A stretch of 61,436 nucleotides of DNA, counting the filler, from Choristocarpus tenellus KU-1152 (Eukaryota > Protista > Phaeophyceae): assembly GCA_964200185.2 (NCBI GenBank). It is 14 parts of 14 records of this genome, joined end to end, with 100 filler letters (N's around TTAATTAATTAA, not from the genome) between each part and the next. Parts side by side here need not be neighbours in the genome. Positions count along the whole stretch, not along the records: positions 12,512 to 19,110 come from CAXNAD020007786.1; positions 19,211 to 22,029 come from CAXNAD020024482.1; positions 22,130 to 27,247 come from CAXNAD020011814.1; 11 more parts are not named here. One strand, written 5' to 3'. The first letter of the stretch is position 1. Every line of letters begins with the position of its first letter. The position numbers and the translations under genes were made by a program. Below are positions 12,956 to 25,724 of this stretch, one piece after another. The notes beneath the pieces are model-generated. The model saw only the letters and a list, made by a program, of their open reading frames with translations. It had not been told where the DNA came from and ran no database searches.

Positions 12956-13410
12956 GAACCCTGCTGTGGAGGACCAAGCTATCGACCGTGTGCATAGGCT
13001 GGGCCAGACCTTAGCTGTAACTGTGAAGAGATTTGTTGTGGCGGACACTGTGGAGGACAAGATGCTTGAATTGCAGGTAGGTACTGTTTTGATTTGTTAG
13101 GGATAAGAGATTTGTTGAGCCCCCCAGCACTAAAAAGAAATCCCCCCTCCCTCTCTGTGTCAGTGGAAAAAATCTCAAGGGCTCCCAAATGTCAGTGAGG
13201 AGACTATACAAGTAACCATTCTCTTAATATATTTACTCTTGATACCAACTACTAACTGCCTGTTCTCTTGTGGGGTGCATCCAACCATGCTTCTATGTCC
13301 AAACTTGTTAGGAGAAGAAGGGTCGCATGGCCAAGAATGCACTGTCTTCTGGATCCCTTGGGAGCGCTGGCAAGCTTGTGGTGGCCGACCTCATGCAGTT
13401 CTTTGAGTGA
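12956..13410 (+). CDS. SNF2-family helicase (Rad5/Rad16-like), last two exons (12956-13076, 13312-13410)
   Basis: (W)[40 protein letters not shown] | [32 protein letters not shown]. Contains helicase motif VI ([11 protein letters not shown]), with a GT-AG phase-0 intron. Confidence 0.92.
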
Positions 13411-14122
13411 CTCCTCAGACTGCAATTGTTTTAGCCAAAGGGTGTATATCTTCCGTTTTGCTACACCAAACGTGCCTTGCCTATTTGTAGATGTTAACAC
13501 CTACAAGCTTCAACTCTCGTGATTTTTTATTTGCAGCACATAGTTGCATCTTTCAAGAACATTAATGTGGCCACAGGGGTAGAAACAGGGATCACAGCAA
13601 CACCGACTGGTGGAGATAAAGAGAGATGTTAAGACGCAGATGGCAGGATGTTGACGTGAGGTATGCATGCCACTTACCATTGGGTTGTAGGGTAAGTATG
13701 TGGAGGGATAGGTATCTCTTGTACCCTGGAGGGTGGCAATCCTTTCATCACTAGGTGGAATTTCCTCATGGGTGGCTGATTCCAAGTGGGAAATGCCCAA
13801 TGCGGTCAGTCACTCTTCTTGGGACAAGAACTTCCTCCTGGATGTGTCCTTTGCGGAGGTCCATGCTCCACCTTTCATGTGCAGGTAGCAATGCCATGTA
13901 ACATCAGCATTACATTGCTGCTGTTTCTCCTGGTGCTTCTGTTGCCCTGGTGAAACCACTGCTGTCCTGACCTTGTAACCTTACCTGCAAGAAGCCCAGA
14001 TGTCTTGGCTCACAAGTGTAGCATTTTCTCGATGACACCCCAAGTTGTGTAGTGGATGGTAGTGGGGCAGGTGGAGTTGGCCGAAAGGGGACTCTTGTGC
14101 TACAGATTTAAAGAAAAAATCA

Positions 14123-14380
14123 GAGTGAAAGTATCTTAGAGGGTACGAGTTTTGCCGTTTTTGTCCATTTGGGGCTTGGCTTCCCACGGGTTTCTTGCGA
14201 CATTTTCCTACCTAGAAACCTTTCTGAGTAGGTAAACTGTATACGTTATGAAAAGGTGTGTCCGGAGCAAGGATATTGACACTTCCTAACAACTGCGGTA
14301 GCCAAAATTACATCAAGATCGAAACATTGTATTTTGGCCCCCAAATGGACGCGGCTCTACCCTCTAAGATACTTTGCATC
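14123..14380 (+). mobile_element. MITE family A, full length
   Basis: GAGTGAAAGTATCTTAGAGGGTA ... TACCCTCTAAGATACTTTGCATC, with 3-bp direct repeat TCA. Confidence 0.92.
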
Positions 14381-17360
14381 TCAAGTTTGTGGGGAGTGTT
14401 GCAGGCCAGATGTATCCTTTCGGCTCAGCTGTTTTTGTGTTTGTTCCGTAGCTCGATGTATACTGTTTGGTGTGTGTGTGTGTGTCATCTTTTGGTACAC
14501 ATCCCTTACCTCTCAAACAATTCTTTATTCAATCTTAGCATGGCTACAAATATGTAAAATATGTACCTCAACTCCAGATATATTTTTTCTTTTTCACAGT
14601 AGCACTGCTAGTGTAGTCCAGAGAGAGAAATAGGTGCCAAATAATTCAGGAGTAATATGGTGACTCTTTCCTACTACTATGCAAGAATCCCCAGATAGAA
14701 CTACTTTCATGCCTTGTGTCGCCCAATTTTCTATTCAGCAGATATTGGGAATTTGGGGGTTTTGTTTGTGCCCCACCAAAAAAAATGGCCCCAGTTCTTT
14801 CCCTCAGGTACTACTTTCGTGTAGAGCAGTTTGGAGAATTAGTACTTTTGATTTAAGGGAAGAAGAAAAAGAGGGCATACCAAGTGTCTTTGGAGCTCAA
14901 TGGCCAGTGTTTGTATAATAGATTACATCACTGTATCACTGTCATGTATTTCCCTCCATAAATTTTCATGCGATCTAGACAACAGAAAGTGTTCTCAAGG
15001 TGTATTTATCCTGTCCTTACAACTATTAATAACATTCCAACAATATTTTTAGTAGACCTTTTGTCTCTCGCCATCCTGCCTCTTGCATGGTCAGTGTGAG
15101 AATGGACTGTTGTCCAGATTGAAGAGAGCATGTTTCTTGTATATAAATCTCGGACATCGATCCTACCTGTCCTAAAGTTATAAATCTAGAGTTAGGTGGT
15201 AGTAGTTGCAACATAGTTTTGGTGTTGATTTTGACGCAACAGATCTGTAAATAAATGGACAACACAAAATGACACCACAATTCACTTCCTAATCTTTCTA
15301 CAATTGTACAAGACGGTATCCTCTTGCCCTTTCTCTGCATCCTTCAAATCCAACCTTGGCTACCTCCCAGTTGCTTTGACTTCCACAATATTCTACATCA
15401 ACGTGCAGTACTTCAGATAGATACAGTCAAACAAGAAGACAATTAGTTATTCTGTGTTGTCAGCTAGGTCACCACTGGTGGTGTGGTTGACTTTTTTTTC
15501 CAGTAAAGGATAAGTAGGGAGTTAATGGCGGTCAATCACTCATTCTGGTCGTGTGGCTGTGTAGCTTGCATCATACATCATCATAAGAACTAGTACATGC
15601 ATGTATGCGTAACTTCCAATTTAATGGTATCGAAGTGATGGAATATTAAGCAAGTGTTTTTAACGTTTCGCAGTATACCTTGTTTCCATAATAGTTGCCC
15701 TTTTTCATCTGTCACTCATATTCCACGACTCCTTTTTCAAAGCACCCATTGAGATACATATTGTTTAAACGTCGCATGTGCATAATAATCCAATCCGTGC
15801 ACACTGCGCACAAGAGGTTGAGGGCTCTAAGTATGGTGTGGTGACATAGCTGACAAGGGATGGAATCTGTAATGCAATCAATATATGTAACACAGGAGGA
15901 AAGAAATCTCATGGTAACCACTAAAATATGAGTTGACTCACATACATGTGAGTAGATAAATCATACCATACACACGACAAATGATGGTCACTCATCACGC
16001 CATAGAAATTAGAGTCGTGGTGCACACATCTCATCTTCTTGCTAACCTGCCTTCACAGATCATGTATTTTTCCACCCTTCAAGTTAAGAAGTTGTGTGGT
16101 ACAAAATATTCTGTGCATTGCCATAGATAAAGGACAAAACTTAATGGGATGAATTATTATCTAAATTCACTCAATAATAGCAATGGCAATAATAGTAGGT
16201 ATTGTGCCACAATCATGCTTTCTATTTGAAGGCGTGTCGGAGGCTACTCAATTGGGTAATCGCTCGATCCAAGTCAGGTGTAATATGCTACCAATCGGTA
16301 ACTATATGAAAATCCAATATCGTACTTGACACCCTATGAAGTAAGAGTAGGTCAATATTGACCCCCTAAGACTTCAACTAGCCTCTCAAAGAAATATTGT
16401 AGGTTATTACTTTTTCACTTTGAAGGCGTGTGGGCAGGTGTCATTGGTACCTTCACTCAAGAAATTCCTGAAGAACAAGATCGCAATGCATCGTGGGGGA
16501 TCATGTTAACTTGCTGAAGCATCAACCATACATCTAGTAAAATAAAGTCCAGGTCAGACTGATGCGCAAAAAGAAACAGTAGGCACGATTGGTGACCTTG
16601 AAAAAAAATCACATGCAACAGGCCTGGAAGATGACAACAGTGTCAATCAATACTTCAGGTTGAATTTGACTATCCAGTTTAGCACCATCTTCATAATAGC
16701 AGCAGTAGCTTCGAGGGTAGAACCTCATCAGAACATAATCAGTGCTAACGAACACCACCACTGAACAAAAGGGATCATCACTTCATTCATTAACGGGTAC
16801 ACAACCCAATCGATCCTTGTCATGTGTTTTTATTGTGCAACTGTTTGTGAAAAAACATGAAAAGATAAATAGATCAAACAAAAGAGAGCTCACTTTCTTC
16901 CAATCAGTATGGGATGTACATATGATTTGCAGACACACAACCGCACTACCCAAGCACACGCTGTTATGTACCCCGACCCAAACAGTGTAACCATACCACC
17001 TACAACTTACCCCCTCAAGATTCCATCAAGTGATCTATAACCTTCATTTCAAACTATCACTATTACAATAGCTCTCCATAGGACTTACTACGGCTTCAAA
17101 TACAAGCAAACAGGAAAGATTGATCTGACTCCTCCCATTACAGAAGGCACACAAAATGTCATTTCTAGACCCAGAACAACTTCATACAACCATGATAATA
17201 CCAAACAGGACAAATAGCCACCTAATTCCACCACCAATTAGGTGAAGGGGGTAAGGATAGGTTAGGAGTGTGGGGGGAGAACTACTTGAGACATCTCTCC
17301 ATCCCCTCTCCCTCTTCCATCCCTTGTATGCATGGTCCCACCCTGCTCAACATTTATCTT

Positions 17361-19110
17361 TCATAAGTAGGCATCCAGTGCTCCCCTCACCAGGCCTAAC
17401 ACCTGATTTGACCCTTCACGGGCATCTGGAGAATCACTCTTAATGATCATCTCAGCAGTACCAGAGCCAGCCTTTAGGAAGGTACACTGCAACAAGTAGG
17501 TTGAACCCACAGTGTCCTGCAATATAGGGGTAGGAGAGGGGACACAAGAGCAAACAACAGAGTCCATTGGAATGAGGGATTGATGGGGCTGGGTTGCACA
17601 TGCCCTGCAAAAGCTTCACCACCCGAACTAGTTTGGAGTACAAAAACATGGCAAGATGAACACATTTTGTGCAACGAATATAAATTATGCCATGATGTGA
17701 GATGGAAATGATGGCAAAGGTGAGGGTCAGGACAGGGGAAGAGGGGAAACACACTGTTCGTAACATTCACTGCCCCCTGGTTGTCACAAGCGTTCTTTCC
17801 CACCAAACCTATATTGAACCCACAGTCATAGGGCTGGCGCTGTAGTGCATCGTCTTTAGAGCAAAAGAAGTTACCCTGCTGTCAAAACGTTGCACAACAT
17901 TCTAACTCTGGGTACACACAGTTGTACCATACTTGCAAGTACTGTACCAGTCCTAACAACAGTTGGTGCTGTACATGGTATAAGTTTAGTACTCAGTCCT
18001 TACCTTAGCATAAAAGAAGAACTTCATGGCCGCTGGCTTATCTCCAGAGGCCATGGTGTATACACCCCTTCCTGCCAACAGACTTTCCACCTCCCCAGTA
18101 GAGGCTGGCAATCTCACCATCCCCACAGAGGCTTCTGCACCCTGCCCCAGATGAGACCACAACATCTGGAACGTTGCCTGGTCCATTGTTGTCCCTTCAT
18201 ACACATAATTGTCAGGAAAGAAAAGCAAGTGGGGGGAGGGGGAAGGGGCGGGGGCAAGGTGTTCAATTACATCTCTCCAGGGCAGCAGATTGGGTCGGTG
18301 AATAGTAAGAAAAGAGGGGAGGAATTGCTTGTTTAGGATTGTGATTCTGTCTGTGCCTCACTTTTACCAAAAAAAGGGGGGGAGGGAGAACAGGATCAGA
18401 GAGTTGAGGTTTTAAAACATATAAACTCTGACCTTTGAAAAAAATTAAACAAATCAGCAATCTCTGAAGTAAGATTCAAAACGTTTTTAAAAGGAGCATC
18501 AATAAGGAGCATCAATAAGTATACTTTCTTCTACAAACTAAATTTACCAACAAAATTGCTAAAATGTACTCCACAGACGTGGGTTTTGTGCTCCAAAAAC
18601 ACACACTGCCAGAAAGTCAGATGGACCCTTAAATCCAGTGGCATCCCCCTCTAAATTACATAGGCTCATAAATAGTGTGGCTACCTGTCACAAGCAACTC
18701 ACAGGACTCAACACCAGGAAGTCTCAATTGCCATTACAGTACCAGGTCTCTTCTTCTATAGCAGACAGAAGCCTTATTATTCTAATGACAAAACTCCCAC
18801 CACTATCACCCCATCTACGGGAATCTCATAAGCATGTACTTTGTACACACAAACCCACCTGTCTGCAGCTGAATTGCCCTGTCACCCTCTCGCCCCCCCG
18901 CATCATCTCCCCCGGAAAAGATGCCAAGCAAATCCACCTCCGCCACCTCTACCCCTCCACCTCCACCCATCTGGCTAACCCCACCTTCTCCACCCCCTTG
19001 TCTCAGTGAGGTTGAGCTTGATCCAGAGCCATGCAAAACAATACCTGTACCAGGCATCTCTCCTCCTTTCTCCCCCCCCCCCCCAGTCCCCGGTTCCACA
19101 GATTCTACAG
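17361..19110 (-). CDS. AP4B1: AP-4 complex beta subunit (beta-adaptin), last three exons (18859-19110 partial, 18004-18194, 17361-17516)
   Basis: Spliced product ...EVDLLGIF...IQLQTGTTMDQATFQMLWSHL...VYTMASGDKPAAMKFFFYAK|DTVGSTYLLQCTFLKAGSGTAEMIIKSD...ALDAYL* resembles the beta-adaptin appendage of plant AP-4 beta (FQQKW...IASG...FKFFFFAQ...IKVKAD). GT-AG introns are phase-consistent. Confidence 0.85.
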
Positions 19111-19820
19111 NNNNNNNNNNNNNNNNNNNNNNNNNNNNNNNNNNNNNNNNNNNNTTAATTAATTAANNNNNNNNNNNNNNNNNNNNNNNNNNNNNNNNNN
19201 NNNNNNNNNNGGGTGGAGACTGTTCCTGCTAGTGTACCACCTGCTTTGTGTAGCTGGCTCTGAGGAGTGGTGCTCTATTTGTTTTTGAGATAGATAGAAG
19301 ACTAGCGCACGTCTTCTATCTCTGGTGCTTCTCCAAAGCAGAAAACGGAATGAGAAAAAACAAACAAACACACACACACACACACACACACACTTTCGTT
19401 TTTACGGGGTTCCGAAATAGAAAATGAGAAGAAAAATAAATAAATATATATATATATATATATTTTTTTTTTATTGTACGCTTCGCCGCCTGTTTGCGAA
19501 TTCCGTGCCCGATATTGGCCCCGTAGCAGTCAGTGCCTGCAAGAATGGCAACCTTCACGAACTCTTGTTCCTTGAATGCTCGGACGCATGTTGAGGAAGG
19601 AAGGAAGAGGTACACCTTTATATATCATGAATTCACCCCCATTCGTTCGGTCTCTACCGGTCGGAAGGAGCCACGAGAGTAGTATTTTTATTGGTGGATG
19701 AGTAACCGTCATCCATCAAACAGTACACGATGTCTGTTACATTTATTTTTTTATGGAAAGAGTTCCCCGAGCCCTAACCCTTCAAATTTTTCGATGCACG
19801 AACTGGCTTTTTTTGAAGTA

Positions 19821-19825
<5 letters not shown>

Positions 19826-19886
<61 letters not shown>

Positions 19887-19891
19887 CTCTC
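19826..19891. repeat. (CT)n microsatellite
   Basis: Direct inspection. A (CA)n run is at about 19368-19393 and (TA)n(TG)n at about 7958-7994. Confidence 0.95.
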
Positions 19892-21020
19892 TGTGTGGGA
19901 ATTGTTGCAAAATTCGTCAATTTTTAGTGTTAGTGTGTGTGTGTGTGCTGGATGCCCTATTATTGTGTTATTTTCAGGACGATTATATCTGTATCTATCT
20001 ATCTCTCTATATATATATATTACCTTTCAAGACGTCTGTGCCAGGTGGTGGAGATGGGACTTGATTGCAGTGGGAAAGGTAGGTATCCATGTCTTACCCA
20101 TATCTAAATCATGGTGGTAAGGACTGCGATGGCCATGGTGCTGATCCTCTTTCAGGTATCGTATATCTTTCCCAAGGGGCAGGATGCATTTTCTTTGTTC
20201 ATGATTCTCAACATGAAGAGGTAATTACATATTATATTTAATTTTTTATTTATCTATTTTATGTATCCTTTTTTATAGGTGAATTTTTTTGAGCGATTGT
20301 TCGTTGAAAAAAGAGACCTTCCTTCCTGTGGGAGAGGGGGGGGGGGGGTACATTTTAAAGACGATTTTTTTGGAATTTAAACGACGACGAATTTGTACCG
20401 TAGAGTGCATTTTTTTAAAGAAAAAAAGTAAAGTTTGCACGTCCCAATAATATAGAAGTCTTTTATTCCATTATATATATATTTATTTATTTTTCTCAAC
20501 CATCTACAGCATGGTCCGAGTCTTGACACATTGCACCTATCTCCTCTCTAACCCTAACCCTCTCTCTCTCTCTCTCATTGAACCTGTCTTTGAACACTTA
20601 TGACAGGGAAGGGGGGGAGGAGGGGACCTAGTACAAGAAACAATATTTATTGTGTATCAGTGAAATATATCCTCAATATCCCATTCTCCCAAAAACATAA
20701 CTTTGCTGTGTGGTACAAAATATGTAAGATAAAAATTAAAATTAAAATAACAACTATGGGCCCCGATGATGTTTTGGTCAAATTATAATGAAGATTTCTG
20801 CCAACCAGATATTTGGAATTCTAGAGGATTTGCGTAAATGTCGTGAGGTAATTCAACAGTATACATATATACCAATGATGGTATGTGCTCAATAGCGAAC
20901 AGACACTGGAAAATAATTTTTATTATTTGGTGCCCTGGGCTTTACCCTGCTACAAAATATATCCCAAAAAAAAAAAATTAGAAAGGTAATTGGCGTAAAT
21001 AAGTCAGCAAGAGCTTCTTT

Positions 21021-21156
21021 TTTTGTACTCTTGTCCTACGGTTCGTAAGAATTTTCTCCACTTTTTCTTTCGTGCACTTTTCGTGGGGGGTTTTGTACTC
21101 TTGTCCTACGGTTCGTAAGAAATTTCTCCACTTTTTCTTTTGTGTACTCTTTCATG
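21021..21156. repeat. 70-bp tandem duplication
   Basis: TTTTGTACTCTTGTCCTACGGTTCGTAAGAA.TTTCTCCACTTTTTCTTT begins at 21021 and at 21091. Confidence 0.9.
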
Positions 21157-21183
21157 TTTTTTTTTGTGCTGTGTACTTTTCAG

Positions 21184-21393
21184 GGCTGCATCATGCAGGC
21201 GGCCTGGGGAATGCTGGACCCAACAGTGATTGGAGTCACAGGGTTCCTCTTCCTGGGAATGGCCCCCTTGATCAATGCCTGTGACAGTGTGCTGTGGAGG
21301 GAGAAGCTGGCAAAAAAGAATGCCATTGAAGGTGTGGAGAATGGTGCATTTTGCGGTGGAGGCGTTTTATTTCAGCATGAACAAGCACCCTGA
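21184..21393 (+). CDS. Probable exon of an MFS-type membrane transporter
   Basis: TTTTCAG acceptor, then GCIMQAAWGMLDPTVIGVTGFLFLGMAPLINACDSVLWREK: a hydrophobic helix plus a motif like PIINGSSQAIWQSK of DHA3/MefA-type MFS proteins. A possible upstream mini-exon near 20122-20155 (TAMAMVLILFQ) is in phase. The 3' boundary is uncertain. Confidence 0.5.
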   Translation, partial: GCIMQAAWGMLDPTVIGVTGFLFLGMAPLINACDSVLWREKLAKKNAIEGVENGAFCGGGVLFQHEQAP

Positions 21394-22129
21394 GCATGAT
21401 TGTGTTACATAGTGCTCAACTTTCTCTAGCGGGGGATGTCTGAGGAGTGCTTTGTTATCACCCAACAAACTTGAAAAGATGTAGAACTGTTTTTTAGCAG
21501 TAGTATCATGTTATACCTTTATCGGGGGGATAAACTTTTGTAGGGTTAGGGTTGCGATGTTGTTGGTGACATTTTTTTTTTCTTTAGTAGATTATTTTTT
21601 AGCGAATGTTTTTTTTGTGATGGTTTTTTTTTTGGTTTTTTTTTTTTTTGTAATGATGTATATCTTTTTTTTAATGGTTTTTTTTTTTTAGGGGGACAAA
21701 CGGAGGTGGTACTGTACTGTTAGTCAGTAGTTAGTGTGAAAACGATTTGTTGTACAGTGTGTAGTGTCTCTGACCATGGGTTGGGATCATCCCTGAGTAG
21801 TTGAGGGCACATTAATAATAATAATAAGAATAGAAATAATAGTACCATTGTGTGTAAGCGTAGCATTATTTCTGGTTCCAATCAACGATCAAATTAGCAG
21901 GAACTATAGCCTTGTCGTAGACACTATATGTTGAATATATTGTCCTGTTTGTTTCGCCTGCAAGTTTATTATGAACCCCCCCCCCCCCCCCACCCAAAGC
22001 GCGCGGTGACGGGGGGGACAGGAGAGCTCNNNNNNNNNNNNNNNNNNNNNNNNNNNNNNNNNNNNNNNNNNNNTTAATTAATTAANNNNNNNNNNNNNNN
22101 NNNNNNNNNNNNNNNNNNNNNNNNNNNNN

Positions 22130-22326
22130 CAGATGGAGGACATGTCTACACTAGCCCCCCCCCCTCCCCCACCCTTCCTGACCCCACCCTCTTTAGGCAC
22201 CTTAATGGCTTCTACCACCTCGATCAGGACCTTTCCATCAGCCAAGTCTTCGTATGTATCCACCAATGTGCATGCTTGCCCTTCCAAAGAGTTTAGCCAG
22301 TGAAGGTCACCCTCTATGATGAGCAT
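22130..22326 (-). CDS. Calponin-homology domain protein, N-terminal part
   Basis: DLHWLNSLEGQACTLVDTYEDLADGKVLIEVVEAI fits the CH pattern LxWxNxxL...VxxxxDLxDGxxLxxLxxxI. Truncated by the spacer. Confidence 0.7.
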
Positions 22327-24518
22327 AAATGGTGGCAGTGGACGGACGGACGGATGGTTGGGTACATGGTGTACACATGGTGTACACATGGACAAACAGT
22401 TGCATGGTAGGGTACAACACCATTGCCCACTGTTTCTACTCCCAGGCATGTACTCCAAAGGCTGCTGCAGAGTGCGCTATTCAACAATCAATAAATTGGA
22501 CCGTACTCCCTGAAGGACAGATCTCTGATCCAGCGCATAGGCACATTGCATTTCTAATTGTCACTATCAAGCCTCTGAGCGGGGAAAAAAAGGTTGTTCG
22601 AATATGCTGTACTGCTGTGAGGATATAGGATTCTTTCGGTTCTGCAATACTGATTTACTCGGTAACACTGCAATACTTAGGGTTAGGGAGTGAATTCCAT
22701 AAATAAAGTATCCACTGGTACTCTCTAACACAGTTAAGTGCTACCAATTCTCACACTCTTGCAGGACTTCCATTTAACTCTAGTGAGAGCAAACTGCAGT
22801 GCTTGGAGAAAGTGCAGGGTGGAAACGGTAGAGCAAAATGTGTACACAAATTAAAGACAATGAGAGATCCGTTCGGCATTAGTCAAAGTTCCGACCCAGA
22901 ACAAGAGGAATTTCCAATGACCTCAAGTGCCCATACCTTAACACTCCCTATCACCACTCCTAGCCCCCTTCAACCTTCGCTTGGTGATCATGCTCCTACC
23001 TTGCTGCAATTGCTGTCCCATCTTCTCTGGTAGTGAACTGAAGCGTATCGGAATGCTTCCTTCTTCTCTCTTGCGCCGTGGTTCCCTCACTCCCATAGTC
23101 TTCCGCCTTCCTTCACCTTCAACCCATTGCCCACCATTCAACTCCTCTGAGAGATCTTCCGGCATTCGGTATGACACCCTACCTCTACCTTTCTCGCTGA
23201 AGCCTCCTCTCGCCATCCTCATGCCTCTATATCAATCGTCGACTTGTCGGCTTGCATCATCCCACCAACTTGGGGTTGCTCAGTCCCTCTTAATTCTATC
23301 ACTAGGTACAACACGGACCAGAATCGAAGATAGTTGGTGAATATGTATCTTATCGAGACGTTTGCCGCAATACCTGAGGTGACAATGACCTATGATGCCG
23401 TTACTTTAAAAACTACCACGCTTGTAGACAGGATATGGGTAAATGTGGTAAAAATATCTCACCAACATTGGCTACAGGTTCTTGATCAATGAGAGGACTG
23501 AAAAGCATTTTGATAATCTCCCAGGGATCAAAGCTACACCGGTACTTCCTAACCCGATCACAGTCGGCTATGGCCGCCCTCTATGCACTTGCCCGAGTTG
23601 GGGTATCTTATCCATACCCGAAGGATATATGTCGAAGGGTGTAGCAAGAGGTAAAGCCTTTAGAGGTTGGGCACTCATTGTTACGACGCAAATAAAATCA
23701 TTTTTCTTATCCACCAGATCGCTTTGTAGAACCTGAAGACAAGCAACCGCGTAGCACCCTACATCGTACGTTGGCAAGGGACATGTATGGTAGGTCAATT
23801 ATTCTCCATGCACACTCATATGGAAGGGGGGAGTAGTACCTTGCAGCACAGCTTCACTTCTAGTGTCTGCTGAGTGGCCACGATTCTGCACGTAAGCATC
23901 TGAGGTAGAGGGCAAGTGTTGGGTTGAGGGTGTGGCTTCCCGTTGTGCCGATAAGCACTCTGTTGTTTGTGTGTTTTTGTCTTAAATGGATTAAAAATTT
24001 GATTCTGAGATGCGCGATTGATCGTCAATTCCAACACGCGAGGTGAAACTGTCGTTCTTTCTACACACGTTCACTATTGCTCTGAAATCTATTCACATTT
24101 CTCGATTCAGCCACAAAACCTATCGCTTACATTCACATAGCGGAAACTTTTTGAGGCTATTGTGTACGCACCATCTACTGATAGTTCCCAGACAGAGTCC
24201 TGTCTACTAAAAAAACACCATTATAGACACTGGGATGCATCCACCATATTTATGGGCAAGTAGTGTGCTTATTCTCTGCAACATACTCCAGAGTAGCTAG
24301 AAAGTTGTCCAGCCAATTATCGTCACCATACATGATCCCCCTGTTACCCCCATCAATCACAAACCTAAAACACAACATAGTGTGGTGATACCTCCTTGTG
24401 CCTCCCGAGCAACTTCACTCAGGCAACTCCAAACATCCCTTGGAACTATTGAACGCGCGTTGACTTTGCTCTCTCCAACCTCCTCCATATATATATTTAC
24501 ATGCACTTGTGGTAGATG

Positions 24519-25724
24519 TTACAGTGACGAAGTCTCCGGGGAAGCCTGGTCACAGTGGGCAAAGGGAGAACCAGAGTGACCGCCCGAAGGGAAGGTTGGG
24601 GAGGAGAGCACTGCGACTTCCTGCCATTGCGCTAAGGAAACGCCCGGGTGTAGAATATCTTAGTAGTCGACAGTTTCAGCAAGGCCCTGACTGTTTGGAA
24701 CCTATGTGAGCCAGAGTGGCTTATTGAAACGAGAAAGAAGGTGTTAAGGTTGGGCTACAAGGGCTCTGAAGCCCGAAAGAAGGTCGAAAGAGCTCGCAAG
24801 ACGAAGGAGAAAGCGATCGTAACAAAGGCAGCTGTGGAGACTTTTCGATACGACCAAATCCTCTACTCGGAAGATGTCGCGAAGCAGGTGGAGTTAGCCA
24901 TCGACGAGGACGCCAGGAAAGAAGAGAGGTGAGATATGAGACTATTTGCACACCAATGGTTTGGTATCTCCCACCTCTTGCGAGATGCCATACGTTCCCT
25001 TTTGTTCCTGGAGTTAGGGTTGGACGTATAAAATTGATTAAGGCTTTCTCCTCGCCTGCATTCATTGGAGAAATCGACACAATTTCCGATCGACTCAAGC
25101 CTGTCCTCCCTCGCCTTTGCGCCTTGATGATAATATATCGCCCACACAGGAAACACGAACGAAGCTCATTTCCGGCGCTCAACGAGGAAATGTGATAGCA
25201 AAGACTCTAACACTGCGAATCCTGTACCTGTGTATGACGACGGGAAAGACCATCAAATGGTGCTCGAGATGGCAGGAGGATATGCAATGGTCACAGCGAA
25301 AACTGTGAGCAAATGGGAGAGAGATCTCCTAATTAAGGACCACATCAAGGCGTCGGAGCAAGGGCGTGACGAGAGGTGTTTCGTTCTGGGCCTCGACGAG
25401 GACATCCTTGCCGAGGTCAAAGAGTGGGTGCGCGAACACACAGAAAGAAAGGGTGGGGGGCGTTTTTCTCACCTAAACCCTATACTTTAATCAAGTATTT
25501 TTGTATCTGTTGCCCCTCTTGGTGGCCTACAATCCTGGGTTCGAACCCCAATATGAGCCCTCTCTTTCATAAAAACAAATTAAAAATGGCGAAAAAAAAA
25601 CGAAGCCCGTACTCTGGAGGAAATTGTGACGGGCATCACGAATATGCTTTTATGTTTTAAAACCGATATCTACATAAAACGTTATGACGGGACAGCCCCA
25701 GAGGCAAAAGCTATTGGTACCACT
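24519..25724 (+). mobile_element. TIR element family C, 5'-truncated copy with transposase-like fragments
   Basis: Homologous to 32497-33341 and ends in the same ...CAGAGGCAAAAGCTATTGGTACCAC terminus. Encodes AMVTAKTVSKWERDLL...SEQGRDER...DEDILAEVKEWVREHTERKG. Confidence 0.8.

Noticed and set aside
13981-14557. Repeated small ORFs (GSQAPNGQ...NSYPLRYF, MKKLTPNGQPPPP) as a peptide gene family
   Set aside because: They are translations of MITE A/B sequence, and reading frames are not conserved between copies.
19478-19590. XPG/FEN1-like H3TH motif (FVKVAILAGTDCYGANIGHGIRKQAAK, minus strand)
   Set aside because: The resemblance is short and lacks the GxDY and GIG consensus, and no convincing acceptor was found.
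22800-23740. Retroelement gag-like coding region (minus strand)
   Set aside because: Protein-like stretches are present, but there are many stops and no diagnostic motif.
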